This document shows positions 1 to 8,116 of a stretch of DNA of 64,000 nucleotides, in pieces; the first letter of the stretch is position 1, and each line of letters begins with the position of its first letter. The stretch spans positions 6,285 to 70,284 of the forward strand of contig CAYYHA010000001.1 in NCBI GenBank assembly GCA_964471535.1. Direction: 5' to 3'. This stretch comes from an uncultured Myxococcia bacterium. Lineage in GTDB: Bacteria; Myxococcota; Myxococcia; SLRQ01. Made by a program: the position numbers and the translations under genes. The notes under the pieces are model-generated. The model searched no databases and had not been told where the DNA came from. It worked only from the letters and a program-made list of their open reading frames with translations.

Positions 1-724
1 CCCAATAGGTGATTTGGCTGCGCGACCCCTCCACGAGGTCGATGCCTCCGACCACTCGGGCGGGAATGCCGGCGCTGCGGGCCAGGGCTACGAAGAGACG
101 CGCGATCCCCAGCGGGCCGCCGCGTTCCCGCTGCAGGACCGCGAGTGCATCGCTGCGGCCGCTCACCTCCTGGGGGACCACCTCGTCGGCGAGGTAGTCG
201 AAGATGCTGCGCACGAGGAGGAGCGGGGGCGCATGGGGGGGGGTGACCTCCTCGAGGCGCATCGCCACCCGGGGGTCGTTGCTCTGGATCTCGGGCGTGG
301 GCGCAAGGTAGCGAGGGTCCACCCGGTCCCGCCGCCGCGATTCTTCGATGGCTTCGGGGGAGGGCAACTCGGCCGGCCGAGGGCGGAGATGGACGGCGAA
401 GCGATAGGAGAGGTTCAGGATCCCGTCTACGACGTCCGAGACGTAACCCACGCGGTTGGGTCCCTTGGGTCGAATGAAGAACTCGATGCCTTCACTCAAG
501 ACCCGCTCGTCGTAGATGCGTTGGTAGGGGGAGGAGACGGGAAGGAAGAAACGCGCCTTCGCCGGCTCCCCGTGGCCGCGGCCGGTGAGGAGCATCTGCA
601 CGATCCACCGGTCCGCAGCCGCGCGCGGGAAGAGTTCGTAGTCGAGGACTGTGGTCTTGTAGAGGACGAGGCCGCCACTGCTGAGGACCAGGAGGGCGGC
701 CAAGGCCCAGATGCGTGCGTTCAC
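1..724 (-). CDS. Transglutaminase-like domain membrane protein, partial (C-terminus lies beyond the window start); N-terminal TM anchor
   Basis: This frame is open for all 724 nt in the same frame as the upstream peptidase and is absent from the ORF track because it has no in-window stop. A GTG at 722-724 begins VNARIWALAALLVLSSGGLVLY, which is hydrophobic. Downstream there is ...DALAVLQRERGGPLGIARLFVALARSAGIPARVVGG, resembling the transglutaminase-like core motif (G-x-C-x-x-F-A-x-LF-x-AL-R-x-x-GIPAR) with the Cys position apparently occupied by Pro or Leu. Confidence 0.5.
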   Translation of the reverse strand, partial: MNARIWALAALLVLSSGGLVLYKTTVLDYELFPRAAADRWIVQMLLTGRGHGEPAKARFFLPVSSPYQRIYDERVLSEGIEFFIRPKGPNRVGYVSDVVDGILNLSYRFAVHLRPRPAELPSPEAIEESRRRDRVDPRYLAPTPEIQSNDPRVAMRLEEVTPPHAPPLLLVRSIFDYLADEVVPQEVSGRSDALAVLQRERGGPLGIARLFVALARSAGIPARVVGGIDLVEGSRSQITYW

Positions 725-760
725 GGGCGCCCGCTCCTGGGGGCGGGCGTGCCCGTTCGA

Positions 761-3700
761 TCAGGGTGCGGGGACGCCGGGAACTGGCGCAGCGCCTTTT
801 TCTTCCTCCCCACCTCGTCGAGCGATCGCAGCCGGATGCCGGTAGATCGAGAGAGTCCTTCGACTGATGAGATCGTCATTCTCTCGAGCGAAGACTACGA
901 CCGTGTTCGGGCCCTCGTCCAGCGGGACCTCGGTGCTGAACGGGAGCGTGGGGTCGCCCTCTCCGTTGTGGGCCCGGAAGAAGATCTTTTGGTTGTTAAG
1001 GAAGACGTAGACGTCCCTTACCTGCCGGTCGTCGCTGGCCACCCCCGACAGCTTGAAGCGCTCGGCATCGGTGGTAACGCCCTCGGCAGGCGCGTTCAGC
1101 ACGATGCGGGGCGGGGTGTGGGGGAAGACCGCGGCAATCTCGCCTCGGGCCTTGCGGCGCGCTTTGGGCAGGCGCCGGGCGTGTGCAGCGGAGACGAAGC
1201 CCACCCTGCCGTTGCCGAAGCGCACCCTCCAGAAGCTGCCGACACGATGGGTCACGGGCAGCAGCGCACCCCGCCCTGCCTCTGCAATTACCTCCCCGTC
1301 CTCGGCAGCCCAGGCGAGGATTGGCGCATCGGAGTCGAGGCGGATGGTGCCCTTCACCGCCTTGGAAGGTAGGGACTCCGGTGCCGTGGGGATGTGGATC
1401 TCGTCGGCGGTGTACTCGCCTAGCTTTCGGTCGTAGACGGTCACCCGCATGCGGGCGAGGGGACGGTCGTAGCCCGGCTTCAGGTCCAGACGCATGGGCG
1501 CCCGCGCGACCTGGTTCCGGGGGAGCTTGCCGATGACGTGGCGGCCCTGGCGGATGTACACCTTCTCGTTCTCGAGGTTCTTCAGTGAGGCCACCGCGTC
1601 GAGTGCAGGCCCCGCGCCGGTGTTCTTCACCACCACGACTACTTCCGCTTCCTCTCCCGGGGAGAGACGGCCGTCTGCGTTGCCCTTCTCCGAATCGTCC
1701 ACCTCTACGGCGAAGGCGAAGACAGGCTCTGGGAGGCCCTCCACACTGACCTCGGCGGGGAGGGTTTCGATCTCGTCCAACCCTTCTGCCTCGATATGGA
1801 CCTTCAGCAGTTCCCGGCGGGAGGGGAGATCCTCGGGCAGCTCCACGGGGACCTTCCAGGTGCGGCTGGATCCCGGTGGAAGCGCGCCGAAGAGGAACTC
1901 CAGGCGATCGAAGAGGCGGGAGTAGGGAACATGCGGCGGGGAGGCCGTCTCCGTCCACGCTCGCACACGGTAGAGGGGCAACGTGCCCTGGTTCGTCAGC
2001 GTGAGCGCGGCCTGCACCGTCTCGCCGGCGCGGGCCTTGCCTTCGAGGCGCAGCGTTGCCGCGAGGTCCGGCTGCTGCACCTTCACCTGCGCGGGAGCGC
2101 TCCAGTCCACCCCGAGGGCTTCGATGGCCTCCTTGATCCGCTTGGCCTCGGCCTTCCGCCGCGCCGCGATCACTGGCCGTGCCTTCTCCAGCATGGCGCT
2201 TCGCGTGGGTGCCCCCGCCTTGGCGATGAGCTCACGCGCGAAGCTGACGTGGAAGTCCTCCTTCCACTCTGGTTCCTCGAATTCGTCGAGCTCCTCCCCT
2301 TCGGGCGGGGGCTCTCTCAGGAAGTCGAGGGTCGCCACTGGCTTCTGGCGGTCCTTCTCCACGCCACCGAGAGCGAGCCTGGGCGTGGTGCCCGGGGCGG
2401 CACCCGCCACGTCCTTGGCGATGGCCTCTTCCAGGTCCTTCTCCCGCATCGAGAGTCGGGGGGCGAAGAGCATCACCCGCCGCTTGCTGACCAGGGTCGG
2501 ACGCAGCCGGATGTCGGGGGTGATGCCCACCTCCTGGATGGAGACATCGCCTGGGGTCAGGTACTGCGCGATGGTCAGCTTCAACGCGCTCTCGTCGAAG
2601 AGATCGTAGAGCACCTGCACCGATCCCTTCCCGAAGCTCTGGGATCCGATGACCACCCCCCGATCGAGGTTCTTGATCGCACCGCTGACGATCTCGGAGG
2701 CGGATGCGGAGTGGTGGTCGATGAGGACGACCAAGGGCAACTCGGTCTCGGTGCCGGGGCGGGTCGCCTGCTTCCGCTGCCGAAGCTTGTTGCTCATGCC
2801 CACCGTCGACACGATGGTGCCCTCGGGCACGAAGAGATCCGCGACCTCCACCGCCTGCTCTAGGAGGCCCCCTGGGTTCCCTCGGAGATCCAGCACCAAG
2901 CCTTTGAGATCGCCGCCTGCCTGCTCGCGCAGGTTGCGCAGCGCCTTCTTCAGATCCCGCGGGGTGTTCCCCTGGAAGTTGGTGATACGGATGTAGCCCA
3001 CGTTGCCGTCGAGGAGCTTCACGGGATCGATCGATGCGATTTCGATTCGGGCGCGGGTGAGGGTGAAGGGCCGCTCCTTGGGGAAGGACTTACGTGCGAC
3101 GTAGAAGGTCACCTTCGTGCCCGGCTTTCCGCGCAGGCGATTGACCGCATCGGTCAGGTCCATGTTCACCGTCGATTCGTCCTCGATCCGGGTGATCACG
3201 TCTCTGGGGAGGATGCCGCCGCGATGCGCCGGCGTCCCCTTCAGGACCTTCATCACGGTGAGCTTTCCGTCGCGCATCGACACGACGAAGCCGAGTCCTC
3301 CGAACTCGCCCCGCGTGTGCATCTTCATGTCGGTGTACTGCTCCGGGTCGAGCAGGTTGCTGTGGGGGTCGAGGGTGGCGAGCATGCCGTTGATGGCTGC
3401 GTACTCGATCTCGCGCGTATCTTCGGTACTCACCAGGTTCTTTTCGATGAATGCGAAGATGTCGCGCAGTCGAAAGCTCATGTCCCACAGCGAGTGCACT
3501 TTGGAGATATCGAAGCTCCGCGTCTTTTGGCCCACCGTCACCACCACCTTGCCCGTGGCGAGCGCATCGCTCTCGTCCACGAGGACCTCGGCGATACGCT
3601 TCTCCACGTGATCGAGTGCGGAGAGGAGCATCTGCTGGGGGTGGAAGCGGTCCGGGTCCACGTAGTGGTCCTTCACCAGGAGGACGACGCGGTTGAACAG

Positions 3701-3838
3701 ACGAAGGGCGGCGAGGTTGTGGTCGCTCTCGCTCGTGGTGGCCCGAGCCACTGCGGTGGCCGGGCCACCGGGTCCGCCCAGGACCAAAAGCCAGGTGGCG
3801 AGTAGGAAGGCGAGCGTCAACCGAAGAGTGCGCTTCAT
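761..3838 (-). CDS. S41 family C-terminal processing (tail-specific) peptidase, large multidomain, secreted
   Basis: The signal-like N-terminus MKRTLRLTLAFLLATWLLVLGG follows the second Met (the ORF also allows a start at 3871). There is a PDZ-like segment (KLTVMKVLKGTPAHRGGILPRDVITRIED), the S41 catalytic region (DLRGNPGGLL ... ASASEIVSGA) and a long C-terminal extension. Confidence 0.85.
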   Translation of the reverse strand: MKRTLRLTLAFLLATWLLVLGGPGGPATAVARATTSESDHNLAALRLFNRVVLLVKDHYVDPDRFHPQQMLLSALDHVEKRIAEVLVDESDALATGKVVVTVGQKTRSFDISKVHSLWDMSFRLRDIFAFIEKNLVSTEDTREIEYAAINGMLATLDPHSNLLDPEQYTDMKMHTRGEFGGLGFVVSMRDGKLTVMKVLKGTPAHRGGILPRDVITRIEDESTVNMDLTDAVNRLRGKPGTKVTFYVARKSFPKERPFTLTRARIEIASIDPVKLLDGNVGYIRITNFQGNTPRDLKKALRNLREQAGGDLKGLVLDLRGNPGGLLEQAVEVADLFVPEGTIVSTVGMSNKLRQRKQATRPGTETELPLVVLIDHHSASASEIVSGAIKNLDRGVVIGSQSFGKGSVQVLYDLFDESALKLTIAQYLTPGDVSIQEVGITPDIRLRPTLVSKRRVMLFAPRLSMREKDLEEAIAKDVAGAAPGTTPRLALGGVEKDRQKPVATLDFLREPPPEGEELDEFEEPEWKEDFHVSFARELIAKAGAPTRSAMLEKARPVIAARRKAEAKRIKEAIEALGVDWSAPAQVKVQQPDLAATLRLEGKARAGETVQAALTLTNQGTLPLYRVRAWTETASPPHVPYSRLFDRLEFLFGALPPGSSRTWKVPVELPEDLPSRRELLKVHIEAEGLDEIETLPAEVSVEGLPEPVFAFAVEVDDSEKGNADGRLSPGEEAEVVVVVKNTGAGPALDAVASLKNLENEKVYIRQGRHVIGKLPRNQVARAPMRLDLKPGYDRPLARMRVTVYDRKLGEYTADEIHIPTAPESLPSKAVKGTIRLDSDAPILAWAAEDGEVIAEAGRGALLPVTHRVGSFWRVRFGNGRVGFVSAAHARRLPKARRKARGEIAAVFPHTPPRIVLNAPAEGVTTDAERFKLSGVASDDRQVRDVYVFLNNQKIFFRAHNGEGDPTLPFSTEVPLDEGPNTVVVFARENDDLISRRTLSIYRHPAAIARRGGEEEKGAAPVPGVPAP

Positions 3839-4024
3839 TCGTGCTCCATCGCTGTGGAAGGGCAATCGCATTCAGAGCCCCATGGTACTCGTGGCGTGCC
3901 CGCGTACACAACGCGGGGACCTGCCTGGCAGAATGCCCCAGCCACGGCCACTATTCCCCCGGCGGAGCTCCCGATGCGCCGCGTCCTGCGTCAGGCAGCC
4001 GCCCCAGCACCGGGACTCCGGGGC

Positions 4025-5086
4025 TTAGTTGCCAGCCGGCGCGGGGTGGCTTGGTGGCCGCCGGTGACGCTTCGTCCTCCGGCTCGCCTTCCTCCGCGCC
4101 TTGGGCTTCTCTTTCTTCGTTGCCTGCGCGGCGCCGCCGCGGCGCAGGCGCTCGAGTGCCGCCCGCACGCGCTGGCTCTCCGGGGCCAGCTCGAGGGCCT
4201 TCTCGAAGGCGGCCTTCGCCCCGGCGCGATCACCGGATGCCTCGAGAATGCGCCCATAGGCGAAGTGCACCGACGCGTCGCCGGGATGCCGTGCTGCGAG
4301 CTGTCGCGCCGCCGCCACCGCCTCGGCGTGTCGTCCGAGTGCGGAGAGGGTCAGCGCCCGCCGCAGCGCCGCTTGTGGGTGCTCGGGTGCGAGGCGCAGC
4401 GTTTCGTCGTAGGCCGCAAGCGCCTCTTCGGCTCGCCCCAGCGCCGCCAGGGCGTTTCCATGGACGAAGTGGGCCTCGGCGTCCTGCGGCGCCTTCGCCA
4501 GGGCCGCCTGGATGGGTGCCAAGGCGTCGGCGGCACGTCCGGCGGTGACCAGCGCATAGCCCAGATCCACGAGCACCTCGGGCGATGGGGAGACCTTGGC
4601 GGCCGCCTCGAGGTGGTCCAGAGCCTCCTTCTGCTTCCCCGCGAGCAAGAGCGTCATCCCCAGCTCGTGGTGCGCCTCCGGGCGCTTGGGATCGATTCGA
4701 ATGGCCTCCCGGTAGCTCTGGGTCGCCCTGGCCGAGGCGCCGGAGAGGTCGTAGGCGAGGCCCAGGAAGAGTCGCACCTCGTAGTCCTGCGGCGACTCGG
4801 CCGCGGCGGCCTCGAGGTGAGTGATGGCGCGCCCGAGGTCGCCGGTGCGCGAGTAGGCGATGCCGAGTGCACGGTGGGCACCCGGGACCTTCGGGTCCTG
4901 CTCGAGGGCCATCTCGAGGGCTTCGATCGCCTTCTGCTCCTCACCCCGATCGAGATAGCTCGTCCCCACCTTCACCAGCTGCGAGGCGCTCAGCTCGGCG
5001 TGGGCGGGCACCGCGAGGAGGAGCGCCAGGAGGAGGGCGAGGCGGTGCGCCGCCCGCCAGTCGAAGACCGTCGTTTGGCATCTCAT
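4025..5086 (-). CDS. Secreted tetratricopeptide (TPR) repeat protein with Lys/Arg-rich C-terminal tail
   Basis: It has the signal peptide MRCQ..LALLLALLLAVPAHA and multiple TPR-like 34-aa repeats (AxxxLGxAYxxxGxxxxAxxxxxxA pattern). Confidence 0.75.
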   Translation of the reverse strand: MRCQTTVFDWRAAHRLALLLALLLAVPAHAELSASQLVKVGTSYLDRGEEQKAIEALEMALEQDPKVPGAHRALGIAYSRTGDLGRAITHLEAAAAESPQDYEVRLFLGLAYDLSGASARATQSYREAIRIDPKRPEAHHELGMTLLLAGKQKEALDHLEAAAKVSPSPEVLVDLGYALVTAGRAADALAPIQAALAKAPQDAEAHFVHGNALAALGRAEEALAAYDETLRLAPEHPQAALRRALTLSALGRHAEAVAAARQLAARHPGDASVHFAYGRILEASGDRAGAKAAFEKALELAPESQRVRAALERLRRGGAAQATKKEKPKARRKASRRTKRHRRPPSHPAPAGN

Positions 5087-5571
5087 CGCGGGCGCGCTCC
5101 GTTGGAATGGGTGCGGGCAGCCGGGCCGCTTGCCGAGCCCTGTGCGTCCGAGGCATCTCCCACGCGCGGATCGTCGGCCATGCCGAAGACCGCCTCGAAG
5201 CGCTCGTAGTACTTGAACTCGAGCAGGTTGTGGGAGGGGTCCTCGAGGAAGAAGTGGCGGTGCTCCATGGGCTGTCCCACGAAGCGGCGGCCGGGTCCGC
5301 GGTAGAAGGGAATCCCCCGCGCCTGGATCCGCTCCACGAGGCGCTCGTATGCGGCAGCCTCGTCGAAGACCAATCCAAAGTGACGGGGGTAGATGCTCCT
5401 GGGGGGAGCGGGCGGCGCATCGACGCGGTGGGCCACGATCTGATGGCCGAAGAAGTTCAGAATCAGCGAGCCCTCGGAGCGCCGCCCCCGGGTGCAGCCA
5501 AGCCCTTCCACGTAGAACCGCTCCGCCGCGTCCAGATCGTGGACGGGAAAAGCCAGGTGGAAGCGGATCAT
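5083..5571 (-). CDS. VOC family protein (glyoxalase/bleomycin-resistance/dioxygenase fold)
   Basis: The sequence MIRFHLAFPVHDLDAAERFYVEGLGCT ... HFFLEDPSHNLLEF is typical of glyoxalase-like VOC domains. Its start overlaps the stop of the upstream gene and its stop overlaps the TPR gene start. Confidence 0.75.
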   Translation of the reverse strand: MIRFHLAFPVHDLDAAERFYVEGLGCTRGRRSEGSLILNFFGHQIVAHRVDAPPAPPRSIYPRHFGLVFDEAAAYERLVERIQARGIPFYRGPGRRFVGQPMEHRHFFLEDPSHNLLEFKYYERFEAVFGMADDPRVGDASDAQGSASGPAARTHSNGARPR

Positions 5572-5990
5572 CGGTGGGTCTCCCCGCCCAGTGGGAGCAC
5601 CCGAACTTCGTCGGTGGGGATAGGCCCTAGGTCATGGAACCGCGCCTCCATCTCCTCGATCTCTCCGCGCATGTGCATGAGCAGCAAGCCACCGCCGATG
5701 CCGGCCACGCCAAGGAGCCCGGCGAGCTCACCCAAGGTCTGCTGGCGCCGGGCCGCACGCTTCCGCGCCTCGAGGGCGATGCGTGCGTCCCGTCGCGTTC
5801 GGTCTCCCGCGATCTGCCGCAACCTCTGTCCCCGAGCGACGTAGGACCGGGCAGCAAGGACTGCGTCCCCAGAGAGGCGCGCTTCAGCGGCGCGGATCGC
5901 GTCCATCTCCAAGCGCGCTCCAAAGCCGAGATACAGCCCAGCGCCCACGAGGATGAGGCCGGCGGTGAGGAGGAGGTGGTGAGCCTGCAC
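5568..5990 (-). CDS. Hypothetical small membrane protein (N-terminal TM helix, then a charged helical region)
   Basis: This is the C-terminal part of the long ORF 5568-6581; its 5' portion overlaps the SDR gene and is rejected. A candidate GTG start at 5990 gives VQAHHLLLTAGLILVGAGLYLG..., and an alternative ATG lies at 5905 (MDAIRAAE...). The stop overlaps the start of the VOC gene. Confidence 0.35.
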   Translation of the reverse strand: MQAHHLLLTAGLILVGAGLYLGFGARLEMDAIRAAEARLSGDAVLAARSYVARGQRLRQIAGDRTRRDARIALEARKRAARRQQTLGELAGLLGVAGIGGGLLLMHMRGEIEEMEARFHDLGPIPTDEVRVLPLGGETHR

Positions 5991-6070
5991 GGGACCCAAA
6001 TGGTAGCAGGATGCCGTCAGCCCACAAGGCGGCGCCGCAGGGTGCGGCCACCGCGTCGCGCCCGCGGCGC

Positions 6071-6838
6071 CTACGTCTCCTGCTGCGTCGGACGAAGCAG
6101 CAGGTCGTGGTACTCGACGTGGGGCGGCGCGGAGAGCACGTGGACGAGGGCGTCGGCGAGGTCCTCGGGGGTGAGGACCGGGTAGCGCCCGTACGCGGCC
6201 GCCTCCGCTTCCAAAGAGCCGTGGTACTTCCGTGCGAACTCGGTGCGGACGAAGCCGGGGGAGAGGGCGGTGACGCGGATACCACTTCCGAGGCTGCGCA
6301 GCTCCCGGCGAAGCGCCTCGGTGAGCGCTCGCACGGCGAACTTGGTCGCGGCGTAGACGCCGCTGCCGTCGGGGACACGGTGGCCAGCCATCGAGGAGAC
6401 GTGCACCACGTGGCCGGCATCGCCGCGGCGGCGCATGTCGGCGACGGCCTCCCGTGTGGCGATGCACAGCGCGAGCACGTTCACTTCGAGCATCTCCCGC
6501 CAAGCGTCGGCGGGCCCCTCGGTGAGGGGCGCCGCGCGTCCGAGCCCGGCATTGTTCACGAGCACGTCGACTCCACCCCACTCGGCACGGATCCGATCGA
6601 AGACGGCCAGGATCTCCTCCTCGCGGCGCAGGTCGGCGCCGATGGCGTAGAACTCACCGCCTGCCGCCGTGATGGCCTCGCCGAGCGATTCGAGGCGGTC
6701 GGTGCGCCGCGCGCACCCTGCCACCAGCAGTCCCTCCTGCGCCAGACGCAGCGCCATGGCGCGGCCGATGCCACTCGAGGCACCGGTGACGAGGGCCACC
6801 TTCCCCCTCCAACGATCCATCCCGGAAGCCGTTGCCAT
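6071..6838 (-). CDS. Short-chain dehydrogenase/reductase (SDR), NAD(P)-dependent
   Basis: It has the glycine-rich motif GKVALVTGASSGIGRA, NNAG and the catalytic YxxxK (YAATKFAV). Confidence 0.9.
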   Translation of the reverse strand: MATASGMDRWRGKVALVTGASSGIGRAMALRLAQEGLLVAGCARRTDRLESLGEAITAAGGEFYAIGADLRREEEILAVFDRIRAEWGGVDVLVNNAGLGRAAPLTEGPADAWREMLEVNVLALCIATREAVADMRRRGDAGHVVHVSSMAGHRVPDGSGVYAATKFAVRALTEALRRELRSLGSGIRVTALSPGFVRTEFARKYHGSLEAEAAAYGRYPVLTPEDLADALVHVLSAPPHVEYHDLLLRPTQQET

Positions 6839-6937
6839 GCGCCGAGCCTAGACCGGCGCCTCGCCACACCCAAGCCGCGCCGCAGGTGAAGGGGGCCCTT
6901 TGGGCCAACAGGGTGACGGGACTACCATGGGGCGGCG

Positions 6938-8029
6938 ATGGATCTTCGCACCGCTGCGCACCGTGCCGTCCACCGCTTCGTCAACGGCCTCGACTGGTGG
7001 CTCCGGGATCCCTCGGAGATCGTCGACCGAACCCCGCACGAGATCGTCTTCCGCCAGGGAAAGCTCAATGTGCGTCACTACCTGGTCGAGGAAGACGAGG
7101 ACGAGTGGGAGCTGGGGCAAGGGGCGCTGCGCGTCGAGCGGCACACGCAGCGCTATCCGGTGCTCCTCGTCCCACCCCTGATGATCAAGCCCTTCGTCTA
7201 TGACCTGGCCCCTGGGCGCAGCTACGTGGAGGTGCTCCTGCGCGAAGGTTTCGAGGTGTACCTGGTCGACTTTGGCGAGCCGGACCGGGCCGACGAGTAC
7301 GTGAGCCTCGACCACTACGTGCTGGAGTGGATGCCTGCCGCGATCGATGCCACGATCCGGCACCACGGCGGCGGGGGGATCGGCCTCGTCGGCTACTGCA
7401 TGGGCGGCCTCTTCGGGCTCATGCATACCAGCGTCAACGAGGACGAGCGCGTCAAGGGGATCGTCACCATCGGTGCGCCCATCGACAGCCACGAGATGGG
7501 GCTGCTCGCCTTCGTCGTGAAGCACGCACACGGTCAGGTCGACTTCTTGGCGCGTCGCCTCGGCAACATCCCCGGACGTCTCTCGAGCACCGCGTTCAAG
7601 ATGATGGCGCCGGTGAAGAATGCGACCCGCTACGCCGACCTGTTCATCAACATGTGGAACGACGAGTACGTCAACCGCTTCGATGCGCTCGGCCAGTGGA
7701 CCGAGAACTTCATCGACTACCCGGGAACGGCGTTTCGAGAGTTCCTGGAGAAGTTCCTCAAGGAGAATCAGCTCAAGGACGGCCGCATGACCTTCCGCGG
7801 GAAGCCGGCAGACCTCTCCTGGATTCGTGCGCCCATCCTCGCCTTCGCCGGCAAGACGGACCAGGTGGTGCCGGTGAAAGCGGCGGCGGGCATCCTCGAC
7901 GTGGTGGGGAGCGAGGTGAAGGAGCTTCGCGTGGTCCCCGGTGGCCACATGGGGGTCTTCGCAGGGAGCCACGCACCCCGGGCCGTGTGGGAGCCCAGTG
8001 CGCGCTTCCTGGCCCGCCACATGGTGTGA
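6938..8029 (+). CDS. phaC: Class III-type poly(3-hydroxyalkanoate) synthase catalytic subunit PhaC (alpha/beta hydrolase)
   Basis: It is about 360 aa with the lipase-box-like G-Y-C-M-G-G, which carries Cys rather than Ser, and the conserved blocks VYLVDFGEPDRAD, NIPGRL..., FREFLEKF and PGGHMGVFAGS. These are colinear with the class III PhaC of Allochromatium as I remember it. Confidence 0.8.
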   Translation: MDLRTAAHRAVHRFVNGLDWWLRDPSEIVDRTPHEIVFRQGKLNVRHYLVEEDEDEWELGQGALRVERHTQRYPVLLVPPLMIKPFVYDLAPGRSYVEVLLREGFEVYLVDFGEPDRADEYVSLDHYVLEWMPAAIDATIRHHGGGGIGLVGYCMGGLFGLMHTSVNEDERVKGIVTIGAPIDSHEMGLLAFVVKHAHGQVDFLARRLGNIPGRLSSTAFKMMAPVKNATRYADLFINMWNDEYVNRFDALGQWTENFIDYPGTAFREFLEKFLKENQLKDGRMTFRGKPADLSWIRAPILAFAGKTDQVVPVKAAAGILDVVGSEVKELRVVPGGHMGVFAGSHAPRAVWEPSARFLARHMV

Positions 8030-8116
8030 CCCGTCCGGTCGGCCTCCGCGCGAGGTGGGGTGCCGAGCTCCGAGCTCGGGCTGTGCGGCCCTGCAGGCGC
8101 GGCACTTCCCGCGCCT

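Noticed and set aside
14-1372. 452-aa + strand ORF
   Set aside because: It runs antisense through the S41 peptidase and the transglutaminase-like gene and has no motif content. It is a typical high-GC antisense open frame.
996-1958. 320-aa Arg/Gly/Pro-rich ORF (-), plus the similar ORFs 1053-1436 and 1183-1536
   Set aside because: The extreme Arg/Pro/Gly composition out of frame within the peptidase gene indicates GC-driven artefacts.
3090-5209. Cluster of overlapping ORFs (3090-3911 -, 3224-3805 +, 3854-5209 +, 3841-4548 +)
   Set aside because: These are alternate frames of the peptidase and TPR genes, with Arg-rich low-complexity translations.
5990-6581. 5' two-thirds of the 337-aa ORF 5568-6581 (-)
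   Set aside because: It overlaps the well-supported SDR gene in another frame, and the translation is Arg/Pro-rich. Only the 3' hydrophobic part is kept, as a low-confidence gene.
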